A DNA stretch of 62,883 nt, taken from NCBI GenBank assembly GCA_039822905.1, contig JBCBMF010000001.1, positions 1 through 62,883 of the forward strand, given 5' to 3'. Shown here piece after piece: positions 45,632 to 55,898 of this stretch (the first letter of the stretch is position 1; each line of letters starts with the position of its first letter). The position numbers and the translations under genes are program-made. This DNA comes from Planctomycetota bacterium. Its GTDB lineage: Bacteria; Planctomycetota; Phycisphaerae; Phycisphaerales; UBA1924. Under the pieces are notes generated by a model that did not search any database, was not told the DNA's origin, and saw only the letters and a list, made by a program, of their open reading frames with translations.

Positions 45632-46549
45632 ATGCCACGCATCCAAACACGCCGCATGCCCGCGATCGCGCTCAGCACCGCGATCGGCGTCGCCACGCTC
45701 GCGGCGCCCGCCGCGCTCCTTGCAACCCCCGCAACCGCGCAGCAGGACGACGCCGACACCATCCGCCTCAAGCGAGAGAACCTCGCCAAGATGCTCCGGC
45801 CAATTTCGCTCAGCGTCGACGAGCAGCCGCTGCAAGACGTCATGCGATTCCTCGAAGACTTCACCGGCGCGCAGCTCGATATCCGCTACATCGACGACCG
45901 CACCGGCGCGGGCCTCGACCCAGAGTCGCCCATCTCGCTCGATGTCCAGAACATCTCGGCCCTCCGCCTCCTTGAGCTCGTGCTGGACCAGGCCGGCCGA
46001 GACAGCTTCGAGGGCGCAACCTGGCAGCTCACCAGCTGGGGCGCGATCGAAGCGGGCCTTAAGAGCACGCTCAACCGCCGCCAGAGAGTCCAGGTCTACG
46101 ACATCGCCGACCTTCTGCTCGTCCTGCCCGACTACCAGGACGCACCCGAGATCGATCTCCAGTCCGTCCTCCAAAGCCAGCAGGGCGGCGGCGGCGGCCA
46201 GAGCCCCTTCGGCGGCGACACCCAGGGCCAAGACGACGAAGAACGCGACCTCGAAGAACGCAAGGACGCCATCATCGATCTCATCACCGCGATCGTCGAG
46301 ACCGAGCAGTGGCAGCGCAATGGCGGCGATGGCGGCACCATCAGCGTCTATCAGAACACGCTTATCATCCGGGCCGCCGACTACATGCACCGCCAGATCG
46401 ACGGCTACCGCTTCTGGCCCAGCCGCAACCAGGCCGCCTCAGGCTTCGGAGCATCACGCTACGTCAGCTTCACACTCGACACAGGCATCGGCACCGTCGA
46501 TGGAGTCGCTCAGCAACCCGTCACCGCGACAACAGGCGGAGGGGGCTGA
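45632..46549 (+). CDS. secreted hypothetical protein
   Basis: GAGGAGG upstream of the ATG. Signal peptide ...ATLAAPAALLATPATAQQ. Central Gly/Gln/acidic linker QSQQGGGGGQSPFGGD. No family named with confidence. Confidence 0.65.
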   Translation: MPRIQTRRMPAIALSTAIGVATLAAPAALLATPATAQQDDADTIRLKRENLAKMLRPISLSVDEQPLQDVMRFLEDFTGAQLDIRYIDDRTGAGLDPESPISLDVQNISALRLLELVLDQAGRDSFEGATWQLTSWGAIEAGLKSTLNRRQRVQVYDIADLLLVLPDYQDAPEIDLQSVLQSQQGGGGGQSPFGGDTQGQDDEERDLEERKDAIIDLITAIVETEQWQRNGGDGGTISVYQNTLIIRAADYMHRQIDGYRFWPSRNQAASGFGASRYVSFTLDTGIGTVDGVAQQPVTATTGGGG

Positions 46550-46627
46550 AAGAAGGCGTCGAGCTGATGCTGCGGATGAGCCCATTGCACAGATGGGCAA
46601 ATCCAGCGGATCACCGCGACCGCAAAC

Positions 46628-49570
46628 TCAAGCCTCCGCCAGCTCCGACACAGCCGGGCAAGAGCACTGCAGGTTCCGATCGCCGTACGGGTTGTCGACC
46701 CGGCCAACACTCGACCAGAACTTGCCATCGCGAAGCCAGGGCGACGGATATGCCGCCCGCTCCCGGCTGTACGGCTTCTCCCACGACTCGGCGGTCACCG
46801 CGGCGATCGTGTGCGGCGCGCCCTTGAGCACGTTGTCATCCCGGTCCGCCTCGCCACGCTCGATCTCGGCGATCTCCTCGCGGATCGCGATCATCGCGTC
46901 GCAGAACCGATCGAGCTCACCGAGGCTCTCGCTCTCGGTCGGCTCGATCATCAGCGTCCCGGCCACGGGCCACGACATCGTCGGCGCGTGGAACCCGTAG
47001 TCGATCAGCCGCTTGGCAACGTCATCAATCTTCACGCCCGCCGTCTTGTCGAACGGCCGGCAATCGATGATGAACTCGTGCGCCACGCGCCCCGACTCGC
47101 CGGTGAACAGCACGTCGTAGTGACCCTTCAACCGCTCCGCCATGTAGTTCGCGTTCAGGATCGCAACCTGCGTCGCCTTGCGCAGTCCCGCCGCGCCCAT
47201 CAGTGCGATGTACACCCAGCTGATCGGCAGGATACTCGCCGAGCCATACGGCGCCGCGCTGATCGCACCGATCGACTGCTCCGTCGCGTTCGCCGGCGCG
47301 AGCACGCCGTGCGTCATCAGGAACGGCGTCAAATGCGCCGCCACCCCGATCGGCCCCATGCCGGGCCCGCCGCCCCCGTGCGGGATGCAGAAGGTCTTGT
47401 GCAGATTCAGGTGGCACACGTCCGCGCCCATGTCGCCGGGCCTGCACAGCCCAACCTGGGCGTTCATGTTCGCGCCGTCCATGTACACCTGCCCGCCGTG
47501 CTCGTGCACAATCTCGCAGACCTCGCGGATGCCTGTCTCGAACACCCCGTGCGTCGACGGGTACGTGACCATGAGCGCAGCGAGGCTGTCCTTGTTGGCC
47601 TCGGCCTGCTGCCGCAGATGCTCGATGTCGATATCGCCCGTCTCGGTCGACCGCACCGACACCACCCGCATCCCCGCGATCACCGCGCTCGCCGGGTTCG
47701 TCCCGTGCGCGTTCTCGGGGATCAGGCACACATCGCGGTGCGTCTCGCCCCGCGACGCGTGGTACGCCTTGATGACCAAGAGCCCCGCGTACTCACCCTG
47801 CGCACCGGCGTTTGGCTGCAAGCTCACAGCATCAAACCCCGTGATCTCGGACAGCCAGTTCTCAAGGTCATCGAACAGCCTGGCATACCCGTTCCACTGC
47901 GCCCTCGGCGCGAACGGGTGCAGCGAGCCAAAGGACGGCCACGTCACCGGCAGCATCTCGCTCGTCGAATTCAGCTTCATCGTGCACGACCCCAACGCGA
48001 TCATGCTGTGCGCCAGGCTCAGGTCACGATTCTCAAGCTGCTTCATGTACCGCAGCAGCTCGGTCTCCGAGTGGTGCGTGTTGAACACCGGGTGCGTCAT
48101 AAAGTCGCTCGTCCGCACAAATGCGGAAGGCACGTCTCGCATCGGCGACGCCGCGAGCAGCGCGTCCAGATCAGCACCCGGCGCACCACCAAAGATCTCG
48201 ATCAGGTCGCGCACATCGTCGGCCGACACCGATTCGTCGAGCGTCACGCCCACCGAGCCATCGCCGAAGTCACGCAGGTTCACACTAAGCCGGCTCGCCT
48301 CGTTGAGCACGCTCTCGACGCCGCTTGAGGGCCGCACCCGCAGCGTGTCGAAGAACGCGAGCTCCGGATCGCCCTGACCAAGATCATGCCCGAGCTCAAC
48401 GAGCGACTGCGCGAGCGCCACCGTCAGCCCACGCACCCGCGTCGCGATCCGCCGCAGCCCGTCGGGGCCGTGATACACGCCGTACATCCCCGCCATGACC
48501 GCGAGCAGCGCCTGCGCCGTGCAGATGTTACTGGTCGCCCGATCCCGCTTGATGTGCTGCTCGCGCGTCTGGATCGTCAGCCGGTACGCCGGGTTCCCGT
48601 GCGCATCCTTCGACACACCAACCAGCCGGCCCGGCATCTTCCGAACATGCTTCTCACCCGTCGCAAGAAACGCCGCGTGAGGCCCGCCGAAGCCCATCGG
48701 CACACCAAACCGCTGCGCGCTGCCAACGACGATGTCCGCGCCCATTTCACCCGGCGGCGTCACCAACGTCAACGCCAGCAGGTCCGTCGCAACAACAACC
48801 ATCGCCCCCGCGTCGTGCGCACGCTCCGCGAGCGGGCGGAAGCACTGCAGCCGCCCGCTCGTGTCGGGAGTCTGCACGAGCACGCCGCACACATCATCGC
48901 CGATCTCGGCGTTCCGCACATCCTCAACACGCAGCTCGACACCCATCGACCACGCACGTGTCCCGACAACCTCCAGCGTCTGTGGGTGGCACGACACATC
49001 CGCGACGAACACGTTCTTCTTCCCACGCGCGACCGACACGCACATCGCCATCGCTTCCGCCGCCGCCGTCGCCTCATCAAGCAGCGACGCGTTGCTCAGC
49101 TCCATTCCCGTGAGGTCCGCGACCATCGTCTGGAAGTTGAGCAGCGCCTCGAGCCGACCCTGCGAGATCTCCGCCTGATACGGCGTGTACTGCGTGTACC
49201 ACCCCGGGTTCTCAAGGATGTTCCGCTGAATGACCGGCGGCGTGATCGTGCCGTGATACCCGCACCCGATGTAGCTCTTGTACACCTGGTTGTGCGAAGC
49301 CATCTCGGCTAGGTGCTGCAGCAGCTCGTGCTCGCCGCGCGGCCGATCCAGATCAGACCCAAGATCTAGCGCCCGATCCAGCTTGATCGACGCCGGCACG
49401 ACCTGGTCCGTCAGCTCATCGAGCGTCGCAACGCCGAGCCGCTTGAGCATCGCCGCCACTTCGTCATCGCTCGGCCCGATGTGCCGGTTCCAGAACGTAT
49501 CCGTCGGCTCCAGAACCGAACCCCGCTCCGTCCGAACCGTCTCACCCATGCCGGTGTCCATCGTGGTCAT
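46628..49570 (-). CDS. gcvP: glycine dehydrogenase (decarboxylating), single-chain P-protein
   Basis: 980 aa. [27 protein letters not shown], the PLP site [16 protein letters not shown], and a C-terminal ...CSCP motif. Confidence 0.95.
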   Translation of the reverse strand: MTTMDTGMGETVRTERGSVLEPTDTFWNRHIGPSDDEVAAMLKRLGVATLDELTDQVVPASIKLDRALDLGSDLDRPRGEHELLQHLAEMASHNQVYKSYIGCGYHGTITPPVIQRNILENPGWYTQYTPYQAEISQGRLEALLNFQTMVADLTGMELSNASLLDEATAAAEAMAMCVSVARGKKNVFVADVSCHPQTLEVVGTRAWSMGVELRVEDVRNAEIGDDVCGVLVQTPDTSGRLQCFRPLAERAHDAGAMVVVATDLLALTLVTPPGEMGADIVVGSAQRFGVPMGFGGPHAAFLATGEKHVRKMPGRLVGVSKDAHGNPAYRLTIQTREQHIKRDRATSNICTAQALLAVMAGMYGVYHGPDGLRRIATRVRGLTVALAQSLVELGHDLGQGDPELAFFDTLRVRPSSGVESVLNEASRLSVNLRDFGDGSVGVTLDESVSADDVRDLIEIFGGAPGADLDALLAASPMRDVPSAFVRTSDFMTHPVFNTHHSETELLRYMKQLENRDLSLAHSMIALGSCTMKLNSTSEMLPVTWPSFGSLHPFAPRAQWNGYARLFDDLENWLSEITGFDAVSLQPNAGAQGEYAGLLVIKAYHASRGETHRDVCLIPENAHGTNPASAVIAGMRVVSVRSTETGDIDIEHLRQQAEANKDSLAALMVTYPSTHGVFETGIREVCEIVHEHGGQVYMDGANMNAQVGLCRPGDMGADVCHLNLHKTFCIPHGGGGPGMGPIGVAAHLTPFLMTHGVLAPANATEQSIGAISAAPYGSASILPISWVYIALMGAAGLRKATQVAILNANYMAERLKGHYDVLFTGESGRVAHEFIIDCRPFDKTAGVKIDDVAKRLIDYGFHAPTMSWPVAGTLMIEPTESESLGELDRFCDAMIAIREEIAEIERGEADRDDNVLKGAPHTIAAVTAESWEKPYSRERAAYPSPWLRDGKFWSSVGRVDNPYGDRNLQCSCPAVSELAEA

Positions 49571-49637
49571 CGCACGCGTTCCTTGCTCTCAAAGCGGACG
49601 CCCGCCCGCTGTATACACAAAATCGTAGCTCCCGCGA

Positions 49638-50216
49638 TCAGCCGACCGAGCGGTCCTCCGAGTAGAACCACAGCAAACGCTGATTGCCCCTCTCCATGAT
49701 CATGTCGAAGCCCTGCCACCGCAGGTCACGCCCCACGCCCCGGAGCAGCCGCACACGCAGAACGCCGGGCTGCAACGGCTCGATCCGAGCGTTCGGCGTG
49801 TACTCCCCCATCGGCATCCGCGCGAACAGCTTCTCGATGTCCGGTAACGACTCCCGAAGCATCGCGTACGCATCGTCAGCCGTCTGCCCGTGGGCAGCAA
49901 ACTCCGCCTTCGTCGCGTCACTCAATACCTGGCTCACGAACACGTCAGACTCTTCGTCGCGGAGCGTCTCGAAGATGTGCCGCATCAGATGCTGACCCGT
50001 CAGCGCCCGCAGCGTCACCGTCCCATCATCCGCGACGCTGCGCAGCTCGACCTGCTTCGCGTCCACCTGCTCGAAGCCCGAAGGCGAACTGTCCTCAAGC
50101 TCCGGCACCACCGCACCATCGAGCCCGCTAAAGAACGTCCGTCCGCCGACATCCTTCTGGTACGTCTCGCACCCCGCCGCCATCACAGCGAGCGACGCCA
50201 CCGCCACCGGCCGCAT
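49638..50216 (-). CDS. hypothetical lipoprotein
   Basis: MRPVAVASLAVMAAGC lipobox. The ATG at 50216 abuts the nadB stop (TGATG). No family recognised. Confidence 0.6.
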   Translation of the reverse strand: MRPVAVASLAVMAAGCETYQKDVGGRTFFSGLDGAVVPELEDSSPSGFEQVDAKQVELRSVADDGTVTLRALTGQHLMRHIFETLRDEESDVFVSQVLSDATKAEFAAHGQTADDAYAMLRESLPDIEKLFARMPMGEYTPNARIEPLQPGVLRVRLLRGVGRDLRWQGFDMIMERGNQRLLWFYSEDRSVG

Positions 50217-51874
50217 CAAGCCGGCACCTCGGCAACCACAGGCTCAAACTCGCACTCGCCCTCACCCCGTCGCCAGCAGTCGTGCCCGTGAAACGCCTCG
50301 GCCGGCTTCGGCGCGTCGTCCCGCGCGTGGCAGCCCCGGCTCTCTTCACGCCACAGCGCCGAACGCGCCGTCAGCCTCGCGACGAGCAGCAGGTTCTGCA
50401 CCTCCCAGCCCTCGGGATCGTCGAAGATCTTGTCCAGCGTGTACCGCCCCCAGAAGTCGAGCATCTCGCTCGCATCCCGCAGCTTCGACCCCGTCCGCCG
50501 GATGCCAACGTTCCGCCACATCGCCGCCCGCAGGCTCGACCGCACATCGCTCAGGTCCAGCTCGCCGTGGTCGCTCGGCCGAATATCACTCACGATGCTC
50601 GCCGGCGGCTGCACACCCATCGCCACCGCCGTCTGGCCCGCTTCATCGCCCGCCGCCGCGCCGATCACAAGGCCCTCAAGCAGCGAGTTGCTCGCCAGCC
50701 GATTCGCCCCGTGCAGTCCCGAGCACGCCGCCTCGCCGACCGCCCAGAGCCCCGGCACGCCCGTCCGCCCAAGCTCGTCCGTCCGCACGCCGCCCACCGT
50801 GTAGTGCGCCGCCGGGCTCACCGGGATCGGCTGCTTCGTCGCATCGATGCCGTACTGCTCAAGCGTCGCCGAGATCCCCGGGAACCGTTGCGCAAAGCCG
50901 TCCACGCCCGTCGCATCAAGAAACACGTTCGACCCGCCCGTCCGCGCAACGCGATCCACGATCGCCCGGCTCACGATGTCCCGCGGCGCCAGGTCCGCAA
51001 GCTCGTGCACGCCCGACATGAACGCGGCACCCGACCCGTCACGCAGCACCGCCCCCTCGCCCCGCACCGCCTCGCTGATCAGGCTCCGCGGCGCACCCGG
51101 CACATACAGCACCGTCGGGTGAAACTGCACGAAGCACATGTCCGCGATCGACGCCCCGACCCGATACGCCATCGCGATACCGTCGGCCGTCGCCACTCTT
51201 GGGTTCGTCGTCTCGCGGTACACCCGCCCAGCGCCGCCAGAGGCCAGCACAACCGACCGCGCCCAGATCATCTGAAGCCCAAACCTCGGGTGCCACGTCA
51301 CCGCGCCCAGCACGCTCGCGCCCGGCTCATCGCTCGCCGTCAGCAGATCCAGCGCAAAGCAGCCGTCAAACAGGCGGATGCGCTCGCTCGCCGAAGCGCG
51401 CTCGATCATCACCCGCTGAAGCTCGGCCCCGGTCCCATCGCCGTCCGCATGCAAGATCCGCGACGCCCGGTGCCCGCCCTCGCGTCCGAGCGAGACATCA
51501 CCCGAAGCATCACGGTCGAACCGCATGCCCCACTCGACCAGCCGGTCCATCTCACCCGGCCCGCCGCGCACGACCGCTTCGACCGCGAGCGGATCGCACA
51601 GATCCGCCCCCGCCTCGTGCGTGTCGGCGACGTGACTCTCGAACGTGTCCCCGTCGTCCATCACCGCGGCCACGCCGCCCTGCGCCCACGCCGTGTTCGA
51701 CTGGTCCAGCTTGCCCTTGCTGAGCACGATCACCTCGCCGTGCTCGGCCGCCGCAATCGCCGCCCGCAGCCCCGCGACACCCGCGCCGATCACCAGCGTC
51801 CCCGTAAAGATCTGCGGCAGCAGCCCGCTCCGGAACGGGATGAGGTACCGGCGATCGTCAAACAGCGGGTGCAT
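50216..51874 (-). CDS. nadB: L-aspartate oxidase
   Basis: LVIGAGVAGLRAAI, NTAWAQGGVAA, FVQFHPT, LYVPGAPRSLISEAVRGEGA, GLWAVGEAACSGLHGANRLASNSLLE. Confidence 0.95.
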   Translation of the reverse strand: MHPLFDDRRYLIPFRSGLLPQIFTGTLVIGAGVAGLRAAIAAAEHGEVIVLSKGKLDQSNTAWAQGGVAAVMDDGDTFESHVADTHEAGADLCDPLAVEAVVRGGPGEMDRLVEWGMRFDRDASGDVSLGREGGHRASRILHADGDGTGAELQRVMIERASASERIRLFDGCFALDLLTASDEPGASVLGAVTWHPRFGLQMIWARSVVLASGGAGRVYRETTNPRVATADGIAMAYRVGASIADMCFVQFHPTVLYVPGAPRSLISEAVRGEGAVLRDGSGAAFMSGVHELADLAPRDIVSRAIVDRVARTGGSNVFLDATGVDGFAQRFPGISATLEQYGIDATKQPIPVSPAAHYTVGGVRTDELGRTGVPGLWAVGEAACSGLHGANRLASNSLLEGLVIGAAAGDEAGQTAVAMGVQPPASIVSDIRPSDHGELDLSDVRSSLRAAMWRNVGIRRTGSKLRDASEMLDFWGRYTLDKIFDDPEGWEVQNLLLVARLTARSALWREESRGCHARDDAPKPAEAFHGHDCWRRGEGECEFEPVVAEVPA

Positions 51875-51909
51875 ACCAAACGATACGCAGATGTGCTGTC
51901 AGCCGATGC

Positions 51910-52491
51910 TCAGCCGCCCGCGAGAAGCCGAGCAACCTTCAGGTTGCAGAACCAGGCGTGCCGCTCCAAGTGCCACGTCGTGTAGGCCAGCAGATCTTGC
52001 AGCGACATCGGCCCACGCTCGGGATGCAGCCCCCCCCGCGACCACGCCGCCTCCGGAATCGTCCGCAGCCAGGGCCCCGTCCAGCGCCGAAGCGTGTGGA
52101 TCACCGCCACATCGCCGCCGATCGCGGGAGACGACGGCGAACCACCCTCCGCCATCGCCACCACCCCGTAGTGCCCGGCATCGATGAACGCCTGATCGTC
52201 CCACACCCCAAGCTCACAGCCCGGCTCCGCAACCACCCGGCGCATCCTGTGCGTCAAACTGATCTCGGCATCGGCCAGATGCCCCAGCAGCACCCGGATC
52301 GGCCACCGCCCCACCCCTGCGTCCGAAAGCCACGCCCGATCCAGATCTTCCGACGGCACCTCGAACACCCGAAGGTCGAGCCGATCCACACCGATCTCAA
52401 ATCGATCGATCAGCACCTCCGCAGCCATCGCGCGGAAGTCCTCCACGCTGCCCGGATCAGCCAGAGCAATCTGCGATGCGTCATCGACCAT
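51910..52491 (-). CDS. DinB-family (four-helix bundle) protein
   Basis: 193 aa. The pattern HLADAEI...H...ERH of spaced His residues is typical of DinB_2/YfiT-like proteins. Confidence 0.6.
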   Translation of the reverse strand: MVDDASQIALADPGSVEDFRAMAAEVLIDRFEIGVDRLDLRVFEVPSEDLDRAWLSDAGVGRWPIRVLLGHLADAEISLTHRMRRVVAEPGCELGVWDDQAFIDAGHYGVVAMAEGGSPSSPAIGGDVAVIHTLRRWTGPWLRTIPEAAWSRGGLHPERGPMSLQDLLAYTTWHLERHAWFCNLKVARLLAGG

Positions 52492-52570
52492 CCTTCACCC
52501 CGCTTCCAAGGCCGCTCCCAGACACACGAAGTCCGCGCCCGCCGCCAGACTCGCTCCGCTACCCTCGGTC

Positions 52571-52993
52571 ATGACGCCAGAACCGCTCGCCGATGACCAG
52601 CACCGCCTCGCCCTCCGCGTCGTCGCGATGCCCAAAGACACCAACCAGTATGGCACCATCTTCGGCGGCGTGATTCTCAGCTACATCGACCAGGCCGGCT
52701 TCGTCGAGGCCCGACGCCACGGCTGCCACCGCTGGGTCACCGCATCCATGGACAAGGTCGACTTCAAAGCACCCATCAACGTCGGCGACACCGTCTCCTT
52801 CTACACCAGCACCACACGCCTCGGCACCAAGAGCGTCGGCGTCGCCATCGACGTCATCGCCGAGCGATTCGCCAACGGCGAGTCCGTCCACGTCACCCAC
52901 GCGACCATGGCCCTCGTCTCGGTCAACGAGGCAGGCACCCCCATCCCGTTCGCCAGCCCCCCCACCGTGCACGAGCCCGGCATCCCCGACTGA
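52571..52993 (+). CDS. acyl-CoA thioesterase (hotdog fold, YciA-like)
   Basis: MPKDTNQYGTIFGGVILSYIDQAG and ...VDFKAPINVGD... . Confidence 0.82.
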   Translation: MTPEPLADDQHRLALRVVAMPKDTNQYGTIFGGVILSYIDQAGFVEARRHGCHRWVTASMDKVDFKAPINVGDTVSFYTSTTRLGTKSVGVAIDVIAERFANGESVHVTHATMALVSVNEAGTPIPFASPPTVHEPGIPD

Positions 52994-53021
52994 CCCCCCG
53001 CCGCGGTACACTGCTCCTGAT

Positions 53022-53372
53022 ATGGCAGAATCCAGCTTCGTCAAAGCAGAAGCCGCCGGCAAGGCGGTCAACCTCACCATCCTCTCGCCCCAGATCGGCG
53101 ACCGAGAGGCCCAGATCATCACGGGCGAGATCGAAGAAGCGGCCGCCCCGGCCAACTGGCGCGTCGCGATCGACATGAGCCAGGTGACCTTTCTCGCCTC
53201 CGCTGGCCTGGGCGTCCTCGTCAGCGCCCACAACACCGCCAAAGAGTCCAAGGGCAAGCTCGCCGTCTACAACATCGCCCCAAGCCTCATGGACATGCTC
53301 AAGCTCACCCACCTCGACAAGCTCTTCACCATCAAGCCCGACCAAGCCTCGGCCCTCAAAGCAGTCAACTAG
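53022..53372 (+). CDS. STAS-domain protein (anti-sigma-factor antagonist-like)
   Basis: 116 aa. IDMSQVTFLASAGLGVLVSA and LAVYNIAPSLMDMLKLTHLDKLF. Confidence 0.8.
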   Translation: MAESSFVKAEAAGKAVNLTILSPQIGDREAQIITGEIEEAAAPANWRVAIDMSQVTFLASAGLGVLVSAHNTAKESKGKLAVYNIAPSLMDMLKLTHLDKLFTIKPDQASALKAVN

Positions 53373-53426
53373 TCCCTCACCCGCATCCTCTCGACGAGCC
53401 CCTCGCGTGAGCGAGGGGGCAAGCCG

Positions 53427-54014
53427 ATGCCAACCCCCACCGCTCGCCTCGTCTGCATGATCTCGGGCGGAGGCCGAACCGTCCTCAACCTCCAAGACAG
53501 TGTCGACCGGGGCGATCTCGACGCCGTCATCCCCCTCGTCATCGCCAGCCGCGACTGCCCAGGCGTCGAACGCTGCCAGGCCCGAGGCATCAACGTCAAA
53601 GTCCTCCCCGGCAACCTCGCACCCGACCGACTCGCAGCCGTCCTCACCGAGCACAACGCCGACCTCGCCTGCCTCGCCGGCTACCTCCGCCTCATCCCCG
53701 TGCCCGCTGGCTGGCAGGGCCGCATCCTTAACATCCACCCCGCCCTGCTCCCCAAGTTCGGGGGCCCCGGCATGTTCGGCGAACGTGTCCACCAGGCCGT
53801 CCTCGACGCCGGCGAAACCGAATCAGGCTGCACCGTCCACCTCTGCGACGACAAATACGACACCGGCCCCATCATCACGCAACGCCGCTGCCCCGTGAAA
53901 CCCGATGACACAGCCGAAACCCTCGCCGCCCGGGTGTTCGAACAGGAGTGCATCGCCTACCCCGATGCGATCCGTTCCGTGATCGATCGGCTGCGATCGG
54001 AGACCGACGCATGA
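53427..54014 (+). CDS. purN: phosphoribosylglycinamide formyltransferase
   Basis: VCMISGGGRT, LAGYLRLIP, ILNIHPALLPKFGG, GCTVHLCDDKYDTGPII. Confidence 0.92.
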   Translation: MPTPTARLVCMISGGGRTVLNLQDSVDRGDLDAVIPLVIASRDCPGVERCQARGINVKVLPGNLAPDRLAAVLTEHNADLACLAGYLRLIPVPAGWQGRILNIHPALLPKFGGPGMFGERVHQAVLDAGETESGCTVHLCDDKYDTGPIITQRRCPVKPDDTAETLAARVFEQECIAYPDAIRSVIDRLRSETDA

Positions 54015-55447
54015 GGCTCCCCGTCCTGCTTCTCGTCAGCCTGCTCGTCTTCGCAACCCACGCCCAGCATCCCCTCAGCGCCCGCGCCCTCGCGGCCTGG
54101 AACAACGGCGATCACGACGAAGCCGAGCGCCTCTGGACACAGTGGACCCAGCAGGACGACTCCGCCTTCATCCCCTGGTACAACCTCGCCTGCGCCCGCT
54201 CGATGCGCGGCGACACCGCCGGCGCTGCTGACCACCTCCTCACCGCCATCGAACGAGGCTTCAGCAACTTCCACACCATCGAGACCGACGACAACCTCCG
54301 GGCCTACCGCCGTACCGACGACTTCAAGCGACTCCGCGAAGCCTGGCCTAGCTTCCTCGACCGCCGCATCGACACCCAGATCGCCGACGCCCGCCGGACC
54401 TACGGCCCACGCTACAACTACACCAAAGACGAGAAGCTCCGCCTCGCCTACGCCTCCGCCTTCGACACCATCACAAGCCGCCAGGCCCGCGAAGACATCC
54501 GCGACGTCGCCGACTGGGCCCAGCGCAACGTCTTCCGCAGCCGCAACACCTCCAGCGCCACCCCCGACCCCTGGGCCCTCGTCGTCCTGCCCACGCAGCA
54601 GCACTTCCAGCGCTGGGCCGTGCAGCACTACGGCGACATCCCTCGCTCCGCCACCAGCCAGCTCGGCGGCGCCTACGACCACGACCGCAAGGAACTCGTC
54701 GCCATCGACCTCGGCTCAACGCTCCGCCACGAGTACTTCCACGTCCTCCACTGGCGCTCCGCCGACCGTTTGGGCCAGCGCCACCCCATCTGGATCCAAG
54801 AGGGCCTCGCCTCGCTCGTCGAGGACATGGACCAGACCCGCCAAGGCCGATACGAGCCCGTCCCAAGCTGGCGAACCAATTCCATCAAGCGGCTCGCGAC
54901 GCAAAACAAGCTCCCCGGCATCCGCGACTTCGCGACCATGACCCGCGACCGCTTCACGCGCAACCGCCCGCTCCGCAACTACGCCTACGCCCGCTGCGTC
55001 TTTATGTTCCTGCACGAGCGCGGCCAGCTCGACGACTGGTATGCCGCCTACACCGAGTCCTACACCGCCGACCCAACCGGGCTCGAAGCCATCGAGTCCG
55101 TCACAAAGCTCCGCCTCGACGAGTTCGACCGCGAGATGCGAACCTGGGCCCTCGCCCTCCCCGAGGTCTACGAGCAGAACCGCCCACCGCTCCTCGGCAT
55201 CGGCGTCCAGCTCGATCTCGCCCAAGGCGACGGCCCCGTCGTCCGCAAGATTATCCACAACAACGCCCGCCGAGCAGGCCTGCGAGCCGGCGACATCATC
55301 ACAGGGCTCAACGGCCGATCCGTCCGAGACCTCAACGACTTCTACCGCGTCCTCACCGGACTCCAGCCCGGCCAGCGCGTCGAGCTGACCTACCGCCGAC
55401 GCATCAACCACAACTCGACCACCATCGAGCTGGTCGAAACCCGCTGA
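54011..55447 (+). CDS. secreted protein with TPR-like N-terminus, HExxH metallopeptidase-like motif and C-terminal PDZ domain
   Basis: The ATG at 54011 overlaps the purN stop (ATGA). Signal peptide MRLPVLLLVSLLVFATHA. LRHEYFHVLHW (H-E-x-x-H). PDZ GDIITGLNGRSV. Confidence 0.65.
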   Translation: MRLPVLLLVSLLVFATHAQHPLSARALAAWNNGDHDEAERLWTQWTQQDDSAFIPWYNLACARSMRGDTAGAADHLLTAIERGFSNFHTIETDDNLRAYRRTDDFKRLREAWPSFLDRRIDTQIADARRTYGPRYNYTKDEKLRLAYASAFDTITSRQAREDIRDVADWAQRNVFRSRNTSSATPDPWALVVLPTQQHFQRWAVQHYGDIPRSATSQLGGAYDHDRKELVAIDLGSTLRHEYFHVLHWRSADRLGQRHPIWIQEGLASLVEDMDQTRQGRYEPVPSWRTNSIKRLATQNKLPGIRDFATMTRDRFTRNRPLRNYAYARCVFMFLHERGQLDDWYAAYTESYTADPTGLEAIESVTKLRLDEFDREMRTWALALPEVYEQNRPPLLGIGVQLDLAQGDGPVVRKIIHNNARRAGLRAGDIITGLNGRSVRDLNDFYRVLTGLQPGQRVELTYRRRINHNSTTIELVETR

Positions 55448-55515
55448 AAAATCCGGAAGTCCCGCCCAGACGGCTCTTGCAGACTTCAATTTATTTGTTT
55501 ACTATATATTGCATA

Positions 55516-55532
55516 GTATGTGACACACATAC
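55516..55532. promoter_or_regulatory. perfect 17-bp palindrome immediately upstream of padR (candidate PadR operator)
   Basis: GTATGTG-ACA-CACATAC ends 16 nt before the padR ATG, inside an AT-rich island. A possible sigma-70-like TTGCAG (55477-55482)-N17-TACTAT (55500-55505) lies just upstream. Confidence 0.55.
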
Positions 55533-55547
55533 ACCCGGAGCACGACC

Positions 55548-55898
55548 ATGAAGCTCGAACGCGAACTGATGCGCGGCGCCGGCCCCACCGCAGTCCTCAA
55601 GCTGCTCGAACGGGGCGAGATGTACGGCTACCAGCTCGTCGACGCCCTCGACACACGCTCCGGCGGCATCCTCGCCATGGGCCAGTCCACCCTCTACCCC
55701 ATGCTCTACAACCTCGAGGCCAAGGGCCTCATCGAGTCCAAGCGCAAGACCGCCGAGTCCGGCCGCGAACGCAAGTACTACCACCTCACCGGCAAGGGCA
55801 AGAAGAAGCTCCAGTCCGACACCGAGCAGTGGAACAACCTCGCGGGCGCGCTCACCGCCCTCGGCGTCCTCGGGCCCAGCAAGGTCAGCTTCGCATGA
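55548..55898 (+). CDS. PadR-family transcriptional regulator
   Basis: LKLLERGEMYGYQLVDAL...GQSTLYPMLYNLEAKGLIESK...RKYYHLTGKG. Confidence 0.92.
   Translation: MKLERELMRGAGPTAVLKLLERGEMYGYQLVDALDTRSGGILAMGQSTLYPMLYNLEAKGLIESKRKTAESGRERKYYHLTGKGKKKLQSDTEQWNNLAGALTALGVLGPSKVSFA

Noticed and set aside
49571-49637. Possible glycine riboswitch upstream of gcvP (and in 12108-12241 upstream of the AGCS symporter)
   Set aside because: I looked on the minus strand for the conserved GGAGAG ... CACCGAAGGGGCAA ... CUCAGGCAAAAGGAC elements. Only loose fragments appear (GAGAGCAAGGAAC, CACCGCGGCGGGC). The gcvP leader is only 67 nt. A covariance-model scan (Rfam RF00504) would settle it.
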